From: Acidobacteriota bacterium
Lineage (GTDB): Bacteria > Acidobacteriota > CAIWXX01
DNA: 64,000 nt
Direction of reading: 5' to 3'
NCBI GenBank assembly: GCA_040755995.1
Contig: JBFMAF010000049.1
Coordinates: 1-64,000, forward strand
The position numbers and the translations under genes are program-made. Of this stretch, positions 30,646 to 40,505 are shown piece by piece. Each line of letters begins with the position of its first letter. The stretch's first letter is position 1. Below the pieces are notes generated by a model. It worked only from the letters and a program-made list of their open reading frames with translations, ran no database searches and was not told where the DNA came from.

Positions 30646-32307
30646 ATGGACGGGCCGTCGAGTGAGGAAATCCGCGTCCGACATGCGCAATACGGCGCCG
30701 GTACACTCCTGGCGTGGCGCAGAGGCGGCCGCTACGTCGTGGTTCGCTTCGACTCGCTCCCGTTCCCTATCGAGCTGCCTGCCCGCGAGATCCTGATGAG
30801 CGCGCCCGCGCCGGAGCCTCCGGCCGTCGCGGCCCCGCCGCCCGGCCCGGCCGCCTCCGATGTTGCGGCTGAGCCGGCAGTTCTGCCGACGCCTGCGGTG
30901 GGCCGCCGTGATGCAGAGCCCACCGCGGCGGTCTCAGCTCCACAGGATGAGCCGTTGCTGGGGAGACACGAGCAGCGCGGCGCTGCGCTGACAATCGAGG
31001 CCATGCGGCTGGGCGTGGTCCCTGCGGCCGAGCTGAGCGCGTACACGGTGGGACGGGATCAGGAGCTGGCCATCGTCGCGCGCGACATCGCGGACAGCTC
31101 CACGGCCGGCGGCGCCGTCCGGGCGTTTATCGGCGACTACGGTGCCGGGAAGACGCACCTGCTGGAGCTGATCCAGCAGCGCCTTCTTGATCGAGGCTAC
31201 ATGGCTGCCATGGTGATGCTCGACCCGGAGGAGACGTCGCCGAGCCATCCGAAGCGCGTCTACCGCGCTCTGGTGCGTGCGCTGCGCTATCCGGACCGGC
31301 CGTTCGAAGAGGGCGAGGGCCTGCGGCCGCTTCTCGAGAAGGCGGCAAGATCGCCCGAGGCCCTGGCGCAGTTCCACGTCGCGGACCGCCATCCAAAGGC
31401 TTCAGTGGCTGACATCGAGGCCACGCTGCAGGAGGGGTTCCATCTTTACATATCGCCCGCAGTCTCTTACATGAGGACGTTGGGCAATATCGATCGAATG
31501 ATGAGTCGTCGCAGATCGCCAAGAGCTGTTGACGAATCGCGCCTTGCGGAGTGCATTGATCTGCTCGAGGACTGGATCGAGGGACATCCCACGATCTCGA
31601 ACCAGGTCATCGACGCGCAGCTCACGCGTCTGGCGGGAAGACATCCGAGGATATACAGCCTGCTTGACTACCGGCCATGGGCGCGCATCTACGGCTACCT
31701 GCTCTCCGGCATCTCAGCGTTGGCTCGCGCGGTCGGCTACAGCGGGCTCACCATTCTGCTGGACGAGGCGGAGTTCTACTCGTTGCTCTCGCGGGAGAAC
31801 CGCGCCTTCGCCGATCATCTCTTCAAGTCCTGGACGTACGCCGCCATCGGTGGGGACGACGCCGGCACCGGGGAGGCGCTGCCGTTCGATGCCGCCGAGA
31901 TCGAGGTCGGCGGCTATGGCATACAGCAGCGGCTGCCCGGCCGGCACGGGAATTCGCCGGGCCTGTATGTGGTCTTCGCCATGACGCCGAGTCCTGACGG
32001 TCTGGCGGCTCTGGGGGGAGCCATCCCCGCGGATCGCCTGACGAACCTGACACCGCTCGATCACTCGCACTACATGGCTCTGGCAGCGAAGCTCTGCGAT
32101 TTCTACGCGAGCGCCTATTCCGGCTGGGCTCTGCCGGGGAGGCTGGTGGAGCCTCTGGGGAAGGTGTTGTCGGGTCTCATTCAGACCGGGTATGTGTCGA
32201 ACCCACGGCACGCAATGAAGTTCCTGATCGAGTTCCTCGACGTGGTGCGTTATCATCCGTCGAAGGTTGCAGGCGTGGTTCGTGACATGCAGTATCAAGT
32301 CGGGTGA
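30646..32307 (+). CDS. BrxD/DUF2791-like P-loop ATPase 2 with an N-terminal Tudor/SH3-like module
   Basis: IEAMRLGVVP...TVGRDQE, GDYGAGKTHLL, GYSGLTILLDEAE. Confidence 0.85.
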   Translation: MDGPSSEEIRVRHAQYGAGTLLAWRRGGRYVVVRFDSLPFPIELPAREILMSAPAPEPPAVAAPPPGPAASDVAAEPAVLPTPAVGRRDAEPTAAVSAPQDEPLLGRHEQRGAALTIEAMRLGVVPAAELSAYTVGRDQELAIVARDIADSSTAGGAVRAFIGDYGAGKTHLLELIQQRLLDRGYMAAMVMLDPEETSPSHPKRVYRALVRALRYPDRPFEEGEGLRPLLEKAARSPEALAQFHVADRHPKASVADIEATLQEGFHLYISPAVSYMRTLGNIDRMMSRRRSPRAVDESRLAECIDLLEDWIEGHPTISNQVIDAQLTRLAGRHPRIYSLLDYRPWARIYGYLLSGISALARAVGYSGLTILLDEAEFYSLLSRENRAFADHLFKSWTYAAIGGDDAGTGEALPFDAAEIEVGGYGIQQRLPGRHGNSPGLYVVFAMTPSPDGLAALGGAIPADRLTNLTPLDHSHYMALAAKLCDFYASAYSGWALPGRLVEPLGKVLSGLIQTGYVSNPRHAMKFLIEFLDVVRYHPSKVAGVVRDMQYQVG

Positions 32308-32382
32308 TGCAGCCGGGCGGCTGCCCACGGCGCTGCGTACAGAAGCGTGACCGCGGCAGATTCCATGTTGTACAATAACGGA

Positions 32383-33947
32383 ATGAAGAAGCTTCCACTG
32401 GGCATCAGCACGTTCAGCGACATTGTGCGCCAGGGTCGTCTGTACGTCGACAAGACGCGATGGATCCACAAGCTGGTGGCTGAGGGCGGCAAGTACTTCT
32501 TCCTCTCGCGCCCGCGGCGATTCGGGAAGTCGCTGCTCGTCTCGACGCTGAAGGAGATCTTCGAAGGCAACCGGGATCTCTTCGCCGGACTGTGGATTCA
32601 TGACAAGCTCGACTGGACACCCAACCCCGTGATCCGGCTCGACTGTTCTGCGATCAACTATGATACACCGGACGCGCTGAAGAGTTCGCTGGTCACTGTC
32701 CTGAGCGAGATTGCCGCTGGCGCTGGGTTGGCCCTCGATGCGGGCGACTACAAGATGGCACTCCGCGAGCTGATACTGAGGCTGTCGGCCAGAGGCAGGG
32801 TAGCTTTGCTCGTAGACGAGTACGACAAACCGCTGGTGGACTTCGTGGACGTGCCTGAGATCGCCGCCGCGAATCGTGACGTGCTAAGGAGCTTCTATTC
32901 GACCATCAAGGGCTGTGACGAGTACCTGCAGTTCGTGCTGGTAACGGGTGTTTCGAAGTTTTCGCGCGTGTCGCTCTTCTCAGGGCTGAACAACCTGGAT
33001 GACATAACTGTGGATGATCGCTTCTCGACCCTGCTCGGATGGACTGAGGACGAGCTTCAGGCCACATTCGCAGAGTGGATCGATGTCGCATGTGAGCGGA
33101 TGGGAATCGGGCGGGATGAAATGATCGAACGTGTTAGGGAGTGGTACAACGGGTACTCATGGGATGGACGCACTTTCGTATACAACCCTCAGTCCATTCT
33201 GAGCCTGTTTTCGAAGATGCGGTTCGGCAACTTCTGGTTCGAGACGGGCACTCCAAGCTTCCTCCTGAAGATGATCCGGCAGCACGATGTGAACATCGGT
33301 GAGCTGGAGGCCTATGTGACCGATGACAGCCTCTTCGAGACCTACGACGTCGACCGCATGAACGTGCCTTCGCTGCTCTTTCAGAGCGGTTACCTGACGG
33401 TCAAGCACATCAAGACGGACGTGAGTGGAGCCAGGGAGTACACGCTATCCTATCCGAATCGCGAAGTGCGCGAGTCGCTCCTCAAGCACATCCTCGCGGA
33501 TTTCTCGAAGAGCCAGACGGACACGGCGGGGCTGACAGCACGCCGAATGGCTGCACGCATCGCGCGCCATGACCTGGAGGGGTTCTTTGCGCTGCAGCGT
33601 AGCGTTCGCTTTTGGCTTCCATCCCCTACGACGCTTTCGTTCGCGACCGCGAGGGCTACTACGAGACGGTGATCTACCTGGCATTGGCGTTGATGGGCGT
33701 CGACGTGAAGACGGAGTTGGAGACAAACCTCGGCCGGGTGGACGCGGTTGTGGAAACCCCCGCCCGAGTCTACGTGATGGAGTTCAAGATGGGCACGCCG
33801 GAGGAGGCGCTCGCGCAGATCCGCGAGAAGCGTTACTGGGAGCGCTTCCTCGCATCGGGTAGGCAAATCGTGCTCGTCGGCGCCGGCCTCGATCGCAGCG
33901 CACACAACATCGCCGGGCACCTCGTGGAAACGATCGAGCAATCATGA
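32383..33947 (+). pseudogene. AAA-ATPase-like protein with a C-terminal PD-(D/E)XK nuclease domain, frameshifted
   Basis: KKLPLGIS.F, YVDKT, SRPRRFGKSL, DEYDKP, WYNGY; the C-terminal part (ASIPY, GRVD, EFK, ALAQI) is in another frame because AGCGT is duplicated at 33596-33605. Confidence 0.85.
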
Positions 33948-34067
33948 TCCTTGGAGCACCCGGCCGGGAGGAAGGCCGACCTTCTGAAACCAGCATCAGG
34001 TCACGGCCTGCGGTACTCCTGGCCGAATACGCTTGTGGCATGAAAGCGATCCAGAATCAGCTGGGAC

Positions 34068-36170
34068 ATGCAGCCCGGCGCTGAGGGCCCCGCGGAAATT
34101 CCGTTGGCGACCGAGAGGGAAATCCGCGCGATACTCCCGCGCACATGGCACGCACTGCTCGGGCATTTCGGCCGCCTGACGCCGATTCAGTGCCTCGCCA
34201 TCCCCGAAGTCGAGCGCGGAAAGCACGTCCTGGTCAACGCACCCACGGCGTCGGGCAAGACGGAGGCCCTGGTGGCGCCCGTAGCGGAGCGGATTCTCGG
34301 CGTCCGGTCCGGCGCAGGCGGGGCGTCTCAGGCAGTCCGCGCCCTGATCATCACGCCCACACGAGCGCTGGCAAACGACCTGGAGCGACGACTCCAACCG
34401 CCGCTCGCGCGGGCCTCGCTGAGCGTTGCGGTCAAGACCGGCGACCACCCCGGGTTCCGCGACGAAACACCGCCTGATTTCCTTATCACCACACCGGAGT
34501 CGCTCGACTCGATGGAAGCCCGGCGCCCCGGCGCGCTCAGGGAAGTGATCGCAGTGATCCTGGACGATGCGCAGCTCGTTCGCGGCACGGCGCGAGGTGA
34601 CCAGCTTCGGTGTCTGTTGTGTCGGCTCGATCGCATCGCCAAGAACCCCCCGCAGCGGTGCGCGGCCACCGCTACCGTGGTCGACAGCACGGCACTCCTG
34701 CATGAGTTCCTCGGACCGCAGGCGATCTGCGTGCAGGCGGCCGGCGCGACCGGCTTGCAGCGCGCCATCGACGCCCGGTTGGCGCCGGCCACATTGCTGG
34801 ACGAAGCTGCTGCGGCCGTGATCAGGCTGTTCACCGAGGCGCCGGGCCGCAAGATGCTCGTCTTCGTCAACACGCGCGCCGAGGTCGAGACACTCGCCGC
34901 GCGGCTGGCCCTGGCGCCGTCGCTCGCCTCTCGCGTCTATGCCCATCACGGGAGCCTCGCCCGCGGTGAGAGACTCCGCGTCGAGCGCCAGTTCAAGGGT
35001 GCGCCTACCGCAGTGTGCGTGGCGACGATGACCCTCGAGATCGGGATCGACATCGGTGACGTGGACCGCGTAGTGCTGCTGTCGCCGCCGCCTGACGTGT
35101 CTTCGCTCCTGCAACGAGTCGGCCGGGGCAACCGGCGCGAGGATGTCACGCGGGTGTTGGGGTTGTACTCGGGGGAGCTGGAATGCCGGCGTTTCGAGCA
35201 CCTGCTGGCGTGCGCCGCGTACGGCCGGTTCTTCGACGACCCCGTGCCTTTCCGGCCGACGGTCATTGCCCAGCAGGCGCTGAGCCTGGTTATGCAGAAC
35301 AGTCGAGGCTGGGTATCGGCGGCCGTCGTGCACGAGCGGCTCCCCGAGGATGCCGCTCGAGTGTGGTCCGGCGGCGATTGCAAGGCCATTCTGGCGGCCC
35401 TGGCCGATGCCGGCTACCTGCGTGAGGTGTCTCGCGGGCGTTTCGTCGCCGATGCTGAGTCGGAGGTACTGTTTGAACGCGGCCGGGCCCATTCGATGAT
35501 CGAGGACGTGCGCGAGACAGAGGTGGTGGATGCGATGACAGGGCAGTGCGTGGGGCGCGCCCGTTTTGGCCGGTCGGAGAAGGAACGCGTGAAGGGCGGC
35601 GAGGAGATACACCTATCGCTCGGCGGCCGCCGGCGCGCGGTGACGCATGTGCGCGAGCACAGGATCTACGTGACCAGCTCGGCCGGATTGGAAGAGGCTC
35701 GCTTCGTCGCGCGCGAGGCTCCGCGATACTCTGCGGGGCTGGCAGGCGATTTCGGGAAATTCCTCGGGGTGAACCCGGGCGTGATGTACATCGAGCAGCT
35801 GGCGAGTCACTCGTGGCGGCTCGCGCATTTCCTCGGTTCGATCTGGGGCCAGACGCTGGCCCGGCTTCTTGTTGCCTGCGGGCACAAGACGCATGGAGCA
35901 GATCCCTTCTTCATATGGCTCGATCAGCCTCTGCCCTCCGGCAGACTGGATCTCGGGGACCAAGAGAGGGTGGCCGGGATCGTTGAGCGACTCGTTGCAT
36001 CCGGGCTTGGGTCGCTGGCAAGACAGCTGGGGGTCGGGCCTTTCCAATCGGTGGTGCCGCGGGGTATCATGGAGCGATGGGTGCGCGAGTCGATCGACGT
36101 AGACGCCTTCGTCGAGAGGGTGATGCGGGTCCGAGTCCTGGAAAAAGCGCTGCTCGACGAGACGGCATAG
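34068..36170 (+). CDS. Lhr-like SF2 (DEAD/DEAH-box) helicase
   Basis: TPIQ Q-motif, APTASGKTEA, PTRAL.ND, TTPESL, HHGSL, TLEIGIDIGD, QRVGR; motif II reads DDAQ. Confidence 0.9.
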   Translation: MQPGAEGPAEIPLATEREIRAILPRTWHALLGHFGRLTPIQCLAIPEVERGKHVLVNAPTASGKTEALVAPVAERILGVRSGAGGASQAVRALIITPTRALANDLERRLQPPLARASLSVAVKTGDHPGFRDETPPDFLITTPESLDSMEARRPGALREVIAVILDDAQLVRGTARGDQLRCLLCRLDRIAKNPPQRCAATATVVDSTALLHEFLGPQAICVQAAGATGLQRAIDARLAPATLLDEAAAAVIRLFTEAPGRKMLVFVNTRAEVETLAARLALAPSLASRVYAHHGSLARGERLRVERQFKGAPTAVCVATMTLEIGIDIGDVDRVVLLSPPPDVSSLLQRVGRGNRREDVTRVLGLYSGELECRRFEHLLACAAYGRFFDDPVPFRPTVIAQQALSLVMQNSRGWVSAAVVHERLPEDAARVWSGGDCKAILAALADAGYLREVSRGRFVADAESEVLFERGRAHSMIEDVRETEVVDAMTGQCVGRARFGRSEKERVKGGEEIHLSLGGRRRAVTHVREHRIYVTSSAGLEEARFVAREAPRYSAGLAGDFGKFLGVNPGVMYIEQLASHSWRLAHFLGSIWGQTLARLLVACGHKTHGADPFFIWLDQPLPSGRLDLGDQERVAGIVERLVASGLGSLARQLGVGPFQSVVPRGIMERWVRESIDVDAFVERVMRVRVLEKALLDETA

Positions 36171-36180
36171 GCTAGGGGGG

Positions 36181-37917
36181 ATGGAGTCGCAGAAGCTGGG
36201 CCGCAACGACCCCTGCCCGTGCGGGAGCGGGAAGAAGTACAAGAAATGCTGCATCGGGAAGCCGGGAGACCCGGCGGGCCGGTCCGGGATCGAGGCACCG
36301 AGTAGCTCACCCGCGCCGTTCGTTGACTATGCGCATGAGCTCCATGAGAGCCTCGACGAGATCCTGAGGGCCGGAACCGGAGTGATCAGGCGCAGAGGAG
36401 AGGACTGTGTCGACGAGCTGTGCAGGGCCCTGGGTCTCGACGCCGCGCGAGTCGAAAGAACCGTTGGCTCGAGGTTGCCGGCGCTCTATAGCTACCTGGG
36501 AAGCGAGCTGCTGACGCCGGCGCAGGAGCGTGTCCGGCAGAGTGTCGGCAGGCAGCTCTACTACCACGAGTCCCGAGCTCTGTACCGCCAGTTGTTGCGG
36601 ACGCCTCTGAAACTTTGGAACGTGCAGCTGGGCCCGGGATGGACCAGCGCGCGCGCGGAGCTCGGCCCGTGCTCAAACGTCCTGGAGCGCGTATCAGCCG
36701 CCCTGTCGATCGGCCAAAACGTGGCCGGTGCCTGGCTCGCCGGATGGATTCTCACCTACGGTGGGCAGCGGTTCTTCGTTTGCATGTCCCAGCTTCAAGG
36801 CGATGGGATAGGGCGCGTCTTACGAGCCTCCCAGCGGGTTTCTGCGGCCAGCGACGACGAATTCTGGGGCGCTCTGGCCGGTGACATGCTCCGAGCATTG
36901 GTCGATCCGTCCGGTCGGATGACCACGCGAGCGCCTTCTCAGACGAAGGTGACGCCAGCGGGCCCTGAAGACTTCATTCAGAGATACTACGGCCAGATGG
37001 TCCACGAGCAGGTCGCCACCCAGATTGCCGAGGCGTGGCACCGGCCGATTCGCATATCAGTCAAACGCCGCGACCGCCGCGAGATACGCTGGTTCCGCGA
37101 GGAAGTCGCCAGGGCGGTGACCGCCGAGCAGAGGCAGCGTCTGATCGAAACTGCGCGGCTGGTTCTGGAGGCCGCGCTTCGAAATGCGTCGCGTCCGGAG
37201 CTCTCCTTCGACCTCATGACGCAATGCGACGTCGGGCTGGTGCTGGCACCGTTCGGGGTGCGCGAGGACGGATCTCTCGCCCATCTGGACGAGGATGTGC
37301 TCGTGCGCCGCCCTGCGGCACTCCTGGCGCTGGCCGACGACCACCCGATCTGGGCGGACTTGCACTCATCTGTGCCCGTCCGCAGTGTGCTCGCCTGGGC
37401 CCGGGACCGATCCAACACAACCCGTGCGTCCTCCGTCGAGAAGGCGTATGCGCTGTACCTCGCTGAAGAAAGGTGGCTTGCGACGTTCCGGCCCATCGCC
37501 GCGGAGAAGATGCAGCTACGTTTCGGCCCGACGCTCGCGGTCGTGCTTCACGCGCTGCTGGAGCTGTTCCATCCGGACGTCCCTGATGCTCCACTCAACA
37601 CGATCGAGCTGGGCTCGGGAGGTTTCGTTCGCCTCTGCCACGCGATCGAGCGGGTGCGGGGAGAATCCAGGCGCCGCGATGAATGGCGCGTCCGGGATCT
37701 CCCGCAGAACGCCTCGGCGCTCTTGCATGGCCCCGGCTACGGACAGATCACCCATGCTCGCCTCCTGACCGGGTTGCTCGCCCACGCCGAGACGTGGCGC
37801 GCACGCCGCGCCGGCCTCGATCCGGCGGCCATCGATCGCCAGGAAGCGCCGTCGCCTGCCCGCGAGGCGCTGAGAGAAGGGCTCGAGGAGCTCGCATCGC
37901 TTTTCGAGCCGTCGTGA
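36181..37917 (+). CDS. SEC-C zinc-binding motif protein with a large unknown region
   Basis: GRNDPCPCGSGKKYKKCC; starts 10 nt after the helicase stop. Confidence 0.8.
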   Translation: MESQKLGRNDPCPCGSGKKYKKCCIGKPGDPAGRSGIEAPSSSPAPFVDYAHELHESLDEILRAGTGVIRRRGEDCVDELCRALGLDAARVERTVGSRLPALYSYLGSELLTPAQERVRQSVGRQLYYHESRALYRQLLRTPLKLWNVQLGPGWTSARAELGPCSNVLERVSAALSIGQNVAGAWLAGWILTYGGQRFFVCMSQLQGDGIGRVLRASQRVSAASDDEFWGALAGDMLRALVDPSGRMTTRAPSQTKVTPAGPEDFIQRYYGQMVHEQVATQIAEAWHRPIRISVKRRDRREIRWFREEVARAVTAEQRQRLIETARLVLEAALRNASRPELSFDLMTQCDVGLVLAPFGVREDGSLAHLDEDVLVRRPAALLALADDHPIWADLHSSVPVRSVLAWARDRSNTTRASSVEKAYALYLAEERWLATFRPIAAEKMQLRFGPTLAVVLHALLELFHPDVPDAPLNTIELGSGGFVRLCHAIERVRGESRRRDEWRVRDLPQNASALLHGPGYGQITHARLLTGLLAHAETWRARRAGLDPAAIDRQEAPSPAREALREGLEELASLFEPS

Positions 37918-37932
37918 GTCGCATGGGGTCTG
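37813..37932 (+). repeat. imperfect direct repeat, copy 1 (3' end of the SEC-C gene)
   Basis: Matches 39299-39427; encodes DPAAIDRQEA.SPAREALREG.EEL.SLFEPS. Confidence 0.85.
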
Positions 37933-37975
37933 CTCGCAGCGCCGCCTGATCCGGGAATCGCGGAGCACTTCGATT

Positions 37976-39238
37976 TCAGATCAGGAGGATCGGAAGCAAG
38001 CCCGCAACGGTCAGTGCGGCCTGGAGGATCAGGCTGTAAAGACCCGTCTTGTTCCTGGCTATGCCGTATGCGTAGAGGCCTTTCACGATGTTGTTGCTGG
38101 CCATCGTTATCACTATCGCGCTGGCCGCGTGCGGAAGCGGGATGGCAGTCCCCACCGACTGCGTCAGGCTCATGATGAATGGGACTGGGGATGTGACCCC
38201 GATGAGTCCGGCCAGAGCGTAGACTCCGGTTTCACCGAGGTAGCTTACAACGAGCTGTGTGATGATCGTCATGGCTACGACCGATGCGCCGAAGAACAGG
38301 GCCGCCTTGAGCTCGAGCGGGTTTCTGTGCTGGTGGTCCCGGGTGACCTTGGATGTCACCGGGTCGGGGATCTTTGTGAAGAGGTAGCCCGCGACGAAGG
38401 CCGCCAGCGCCAGGATCAGGAGAGGCCACTGGAGCGCGCTTCTGAGGGCCGAGCTGAACATCGCCACCAGGATGAATATCCGGAAGTAGCTGGCCGACGA
38501 CGAAATCAGCATGGCGCCGGATAGAAGGTGGGGCCGGTCGTGCTGCTTTGACTTCTTGGCCAGCACGATTGCCGTCATGGTCGATGAGTAGGCGCCGCCC
38601 AGCAGTGCCGAGATGATAATCTCACCCCGCTCTTTCGTCAGCCATTCGAGGACGTAGCTCGCATAGGAGATGGCGCACACGGCTACGACCACCACCCACG
38701 TCTGGAACGGGTTCAGGTGGAAGGCGGTGAAATCCCGGTTCGGCAACACTGGGAGTATCACGGCGGTCAATACCAGGAACTTCGTGAAGGTGACGATCTC
38801 GTGGAGAGGCAGCTTGCTGGCGAGCTCTTCCAGGGCGCCCTTGAGCTCGAGCAGCAGCATGCTGGCGACGACGATCGTGGATGCGACCCAATAGTGCTGG
38901 TAATACACAAGGGCGCCCAGCACGTAGGTCTCCAGCCCGGTGAACTCTGTAGTGGCGCCAGCCGCCTCAGCGCTCGCGAGCTTGTGCTTGTACGAGACCA
39001 GGAGGAAGGCGCCTACGACGGCGAACCCGAGCGCCACCGGCAGCAAGTTCTGGCCCGAGATCAGCGCCATGGCGTAGCCGACCAGGCCGACGAGAGGGAA
39101 CGTTCTGACGCCGCCGAAGTAGTAGTGCGTGCCGTGCTGCCTGCACTCTTCCCGCTCCAGCCCGATCAGGAAGGAGAGGAAGATGACCATCACGATCTTG
39201 AGGCCCTCGACGGGGAGCAGGTTGATCAGTTCTTGCAT
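37976..39238 (-). CDS. MgtC/SapB family membrane protein (DUF4010-type)
   Basis: LIGLERE, GGVRTF, GATTE, VILPVLP, GGAYSST, NPLEL. Confidence 0.9.
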   Translation of the reverse strand: MQELINLLPVEGLKIVMVIFLSFLIGLEREECRQHGTHYYFGGVRTFPLVGLVGYAMALISGQNLLPVALGFAVVGAFLLVSYKHKLASAEAAGATTEFTGLETYVLGALVYYQHYWVASTIVVASMLLLELKGALEELASKLPLHEIVTFTKFLVLTAVILPVLPNRDFTAFHLNPFQTWVVVVAVCAISYASYVLEWLTKERGEIIISALLGGAYSSTMTAIVLAKKSKQHDRPHLLSGAMLISSSASYFRIFILVAMFSSALRSALQWPLLILALAAFVAGYLFTKIPDPVTSKVTRDHQHRNPLELKAALFFGASVVAMTIITQLVVSYLGETGVYALAGLIGVTSPVPFIMSLTQSVGTAIPLPHAASAIVITMASNNIVKGLYAYGIARNKTGLYSLILQAALTVAGLLPILLI

Positions 39239-39298
39239 CTGCGGGTGCCTATCCTCTCGGCCGCAAGCATATGCCCCGGCGCGAGTCGGCGCAACTCA

Positions 39299-39427
39299 GG
39301 TCTCGATCCGTCGATCCAGCCGCCATCGATCGCCAGGAAGCAGCGTCGCCGGCCCGCGAGGCACTGAGAGAAGGGATCGAGGAGCTCACATCGCTTTTCG
39401 AGCCTTCGCGAGCCGCGCGGAGCCTGG
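39299..39427 (+). repeat. imperfect direct repeat, copy 2
   Basis: Matches 37813-37932; has an internal TCGATCC duplication, and the TGA stop is CGA here. Confidence 0.85.
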
Positions 39428-39486
39428 TAGTAGAGCGGTGGTGCGGGCGCTCACATCCGATAGTGCCGGCTGAATGCTGAAGTACT

Positions 39487-40470
39487 TCAGTCATGGTCGC
39501 GGAGGTATTCATCGAGAAGCCGATGGAGCTGGCTGGTCATGTACAGGGGCAACGACAGCAGCGTGTAGCTGATCTTCCGAACGCCTCCCTTGCCGCCGAC
39601 CGCGGTGGTGAAGGTCCCGATTGATGGCATGTCCGTGTTGAAACGCACTGCGAAATCCCTGCCCTTCTCCGCAAGAAAGACCTGCGTCGACTTCAGACTG
39701 CCGGAGGTACCCGCACGGACCTCCAGCGGGATGATGTGACCTTCCTGCGCCCAGATGTAGTCCACTTCCGCGTTGGAGTTCTTCTCCTCGCGGTGCCAGT
39801 AGTATAGCGGGCGATCTTCGAATGCAGGGCCGAGGCTTCGGAGTTCCTGCCCCACGAATTGCTCGGCGAGCCTCCCCTCCTGCACAGTAAGGATTCCCGC
39901 GCCATCCGGTAGACTGAGGCCGCACAGGTTGTTGCAGAGGCCGATGTCGAGCAGCAGTGGTTTGAAATGCGCGTCCGACGACTCCGCACCGAGCGGAATC
40001 CCGTTGGCCGACGTGTGCCGCACCAACGTGAAGATTCGGCTGAGTTCGAGAAGCTCGATGGCTGTACGCAGCTCGGCGGACCGCACCTCGCGGCTTATGT
40101 TGACGTACTGGACCTTGCGGCCGATGTTCCGCGGAACGTAGCGCAGCACCTGTCGCATGTTTCGCTGCTGCGCACGCGTTCCGTACTTGGCGAAATCATC
40201 TTGAAGGGTCGTGACGATCGAAGCCAGGATTCGTTGGACCTCCAGCAAGTCCTGGCGCTCGGCATAAGCCGCGACGGCTGAAGGCATCCCGCCGATGAAG
40301 AAGTAGAGTCGCAGGAGCTCTCGGAGCCTTGCAGCGGCAGCGTCTCCGAGATCGTCGCCGATGTGATACCCACTCAGGTGATCTGCAAGGGCGTCCTCGC
40401 CAAGCGCCCGCAGGAACTCGTGGAAAGTGACGGGATGCAGGTGGAGATATTCGATCCGCCCAACCGGCGA
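39487..40470 (-). pseudogene. 5'-truncated AAA_14/DUF4143 ATPase
   Basis: PVGRIEY...P.TF.EFL, IGGMP, DIGL, G.LAEQFV.QEL, YYW, AEVDY, PLEV; the N-terminal P-loop is absent. Confidence 0.75.
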
Positions 40471-40505
40471 GGTCTGATCAGGACCCCCACCACTGACGGG
40501 AGCCT

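Noticed and set aside
28439..37917. Calling the cluster canonical BREX or Shango
   Set aside because: No PglX, PglZ, BrxC or TerB-domain gene is recognisable in the window.
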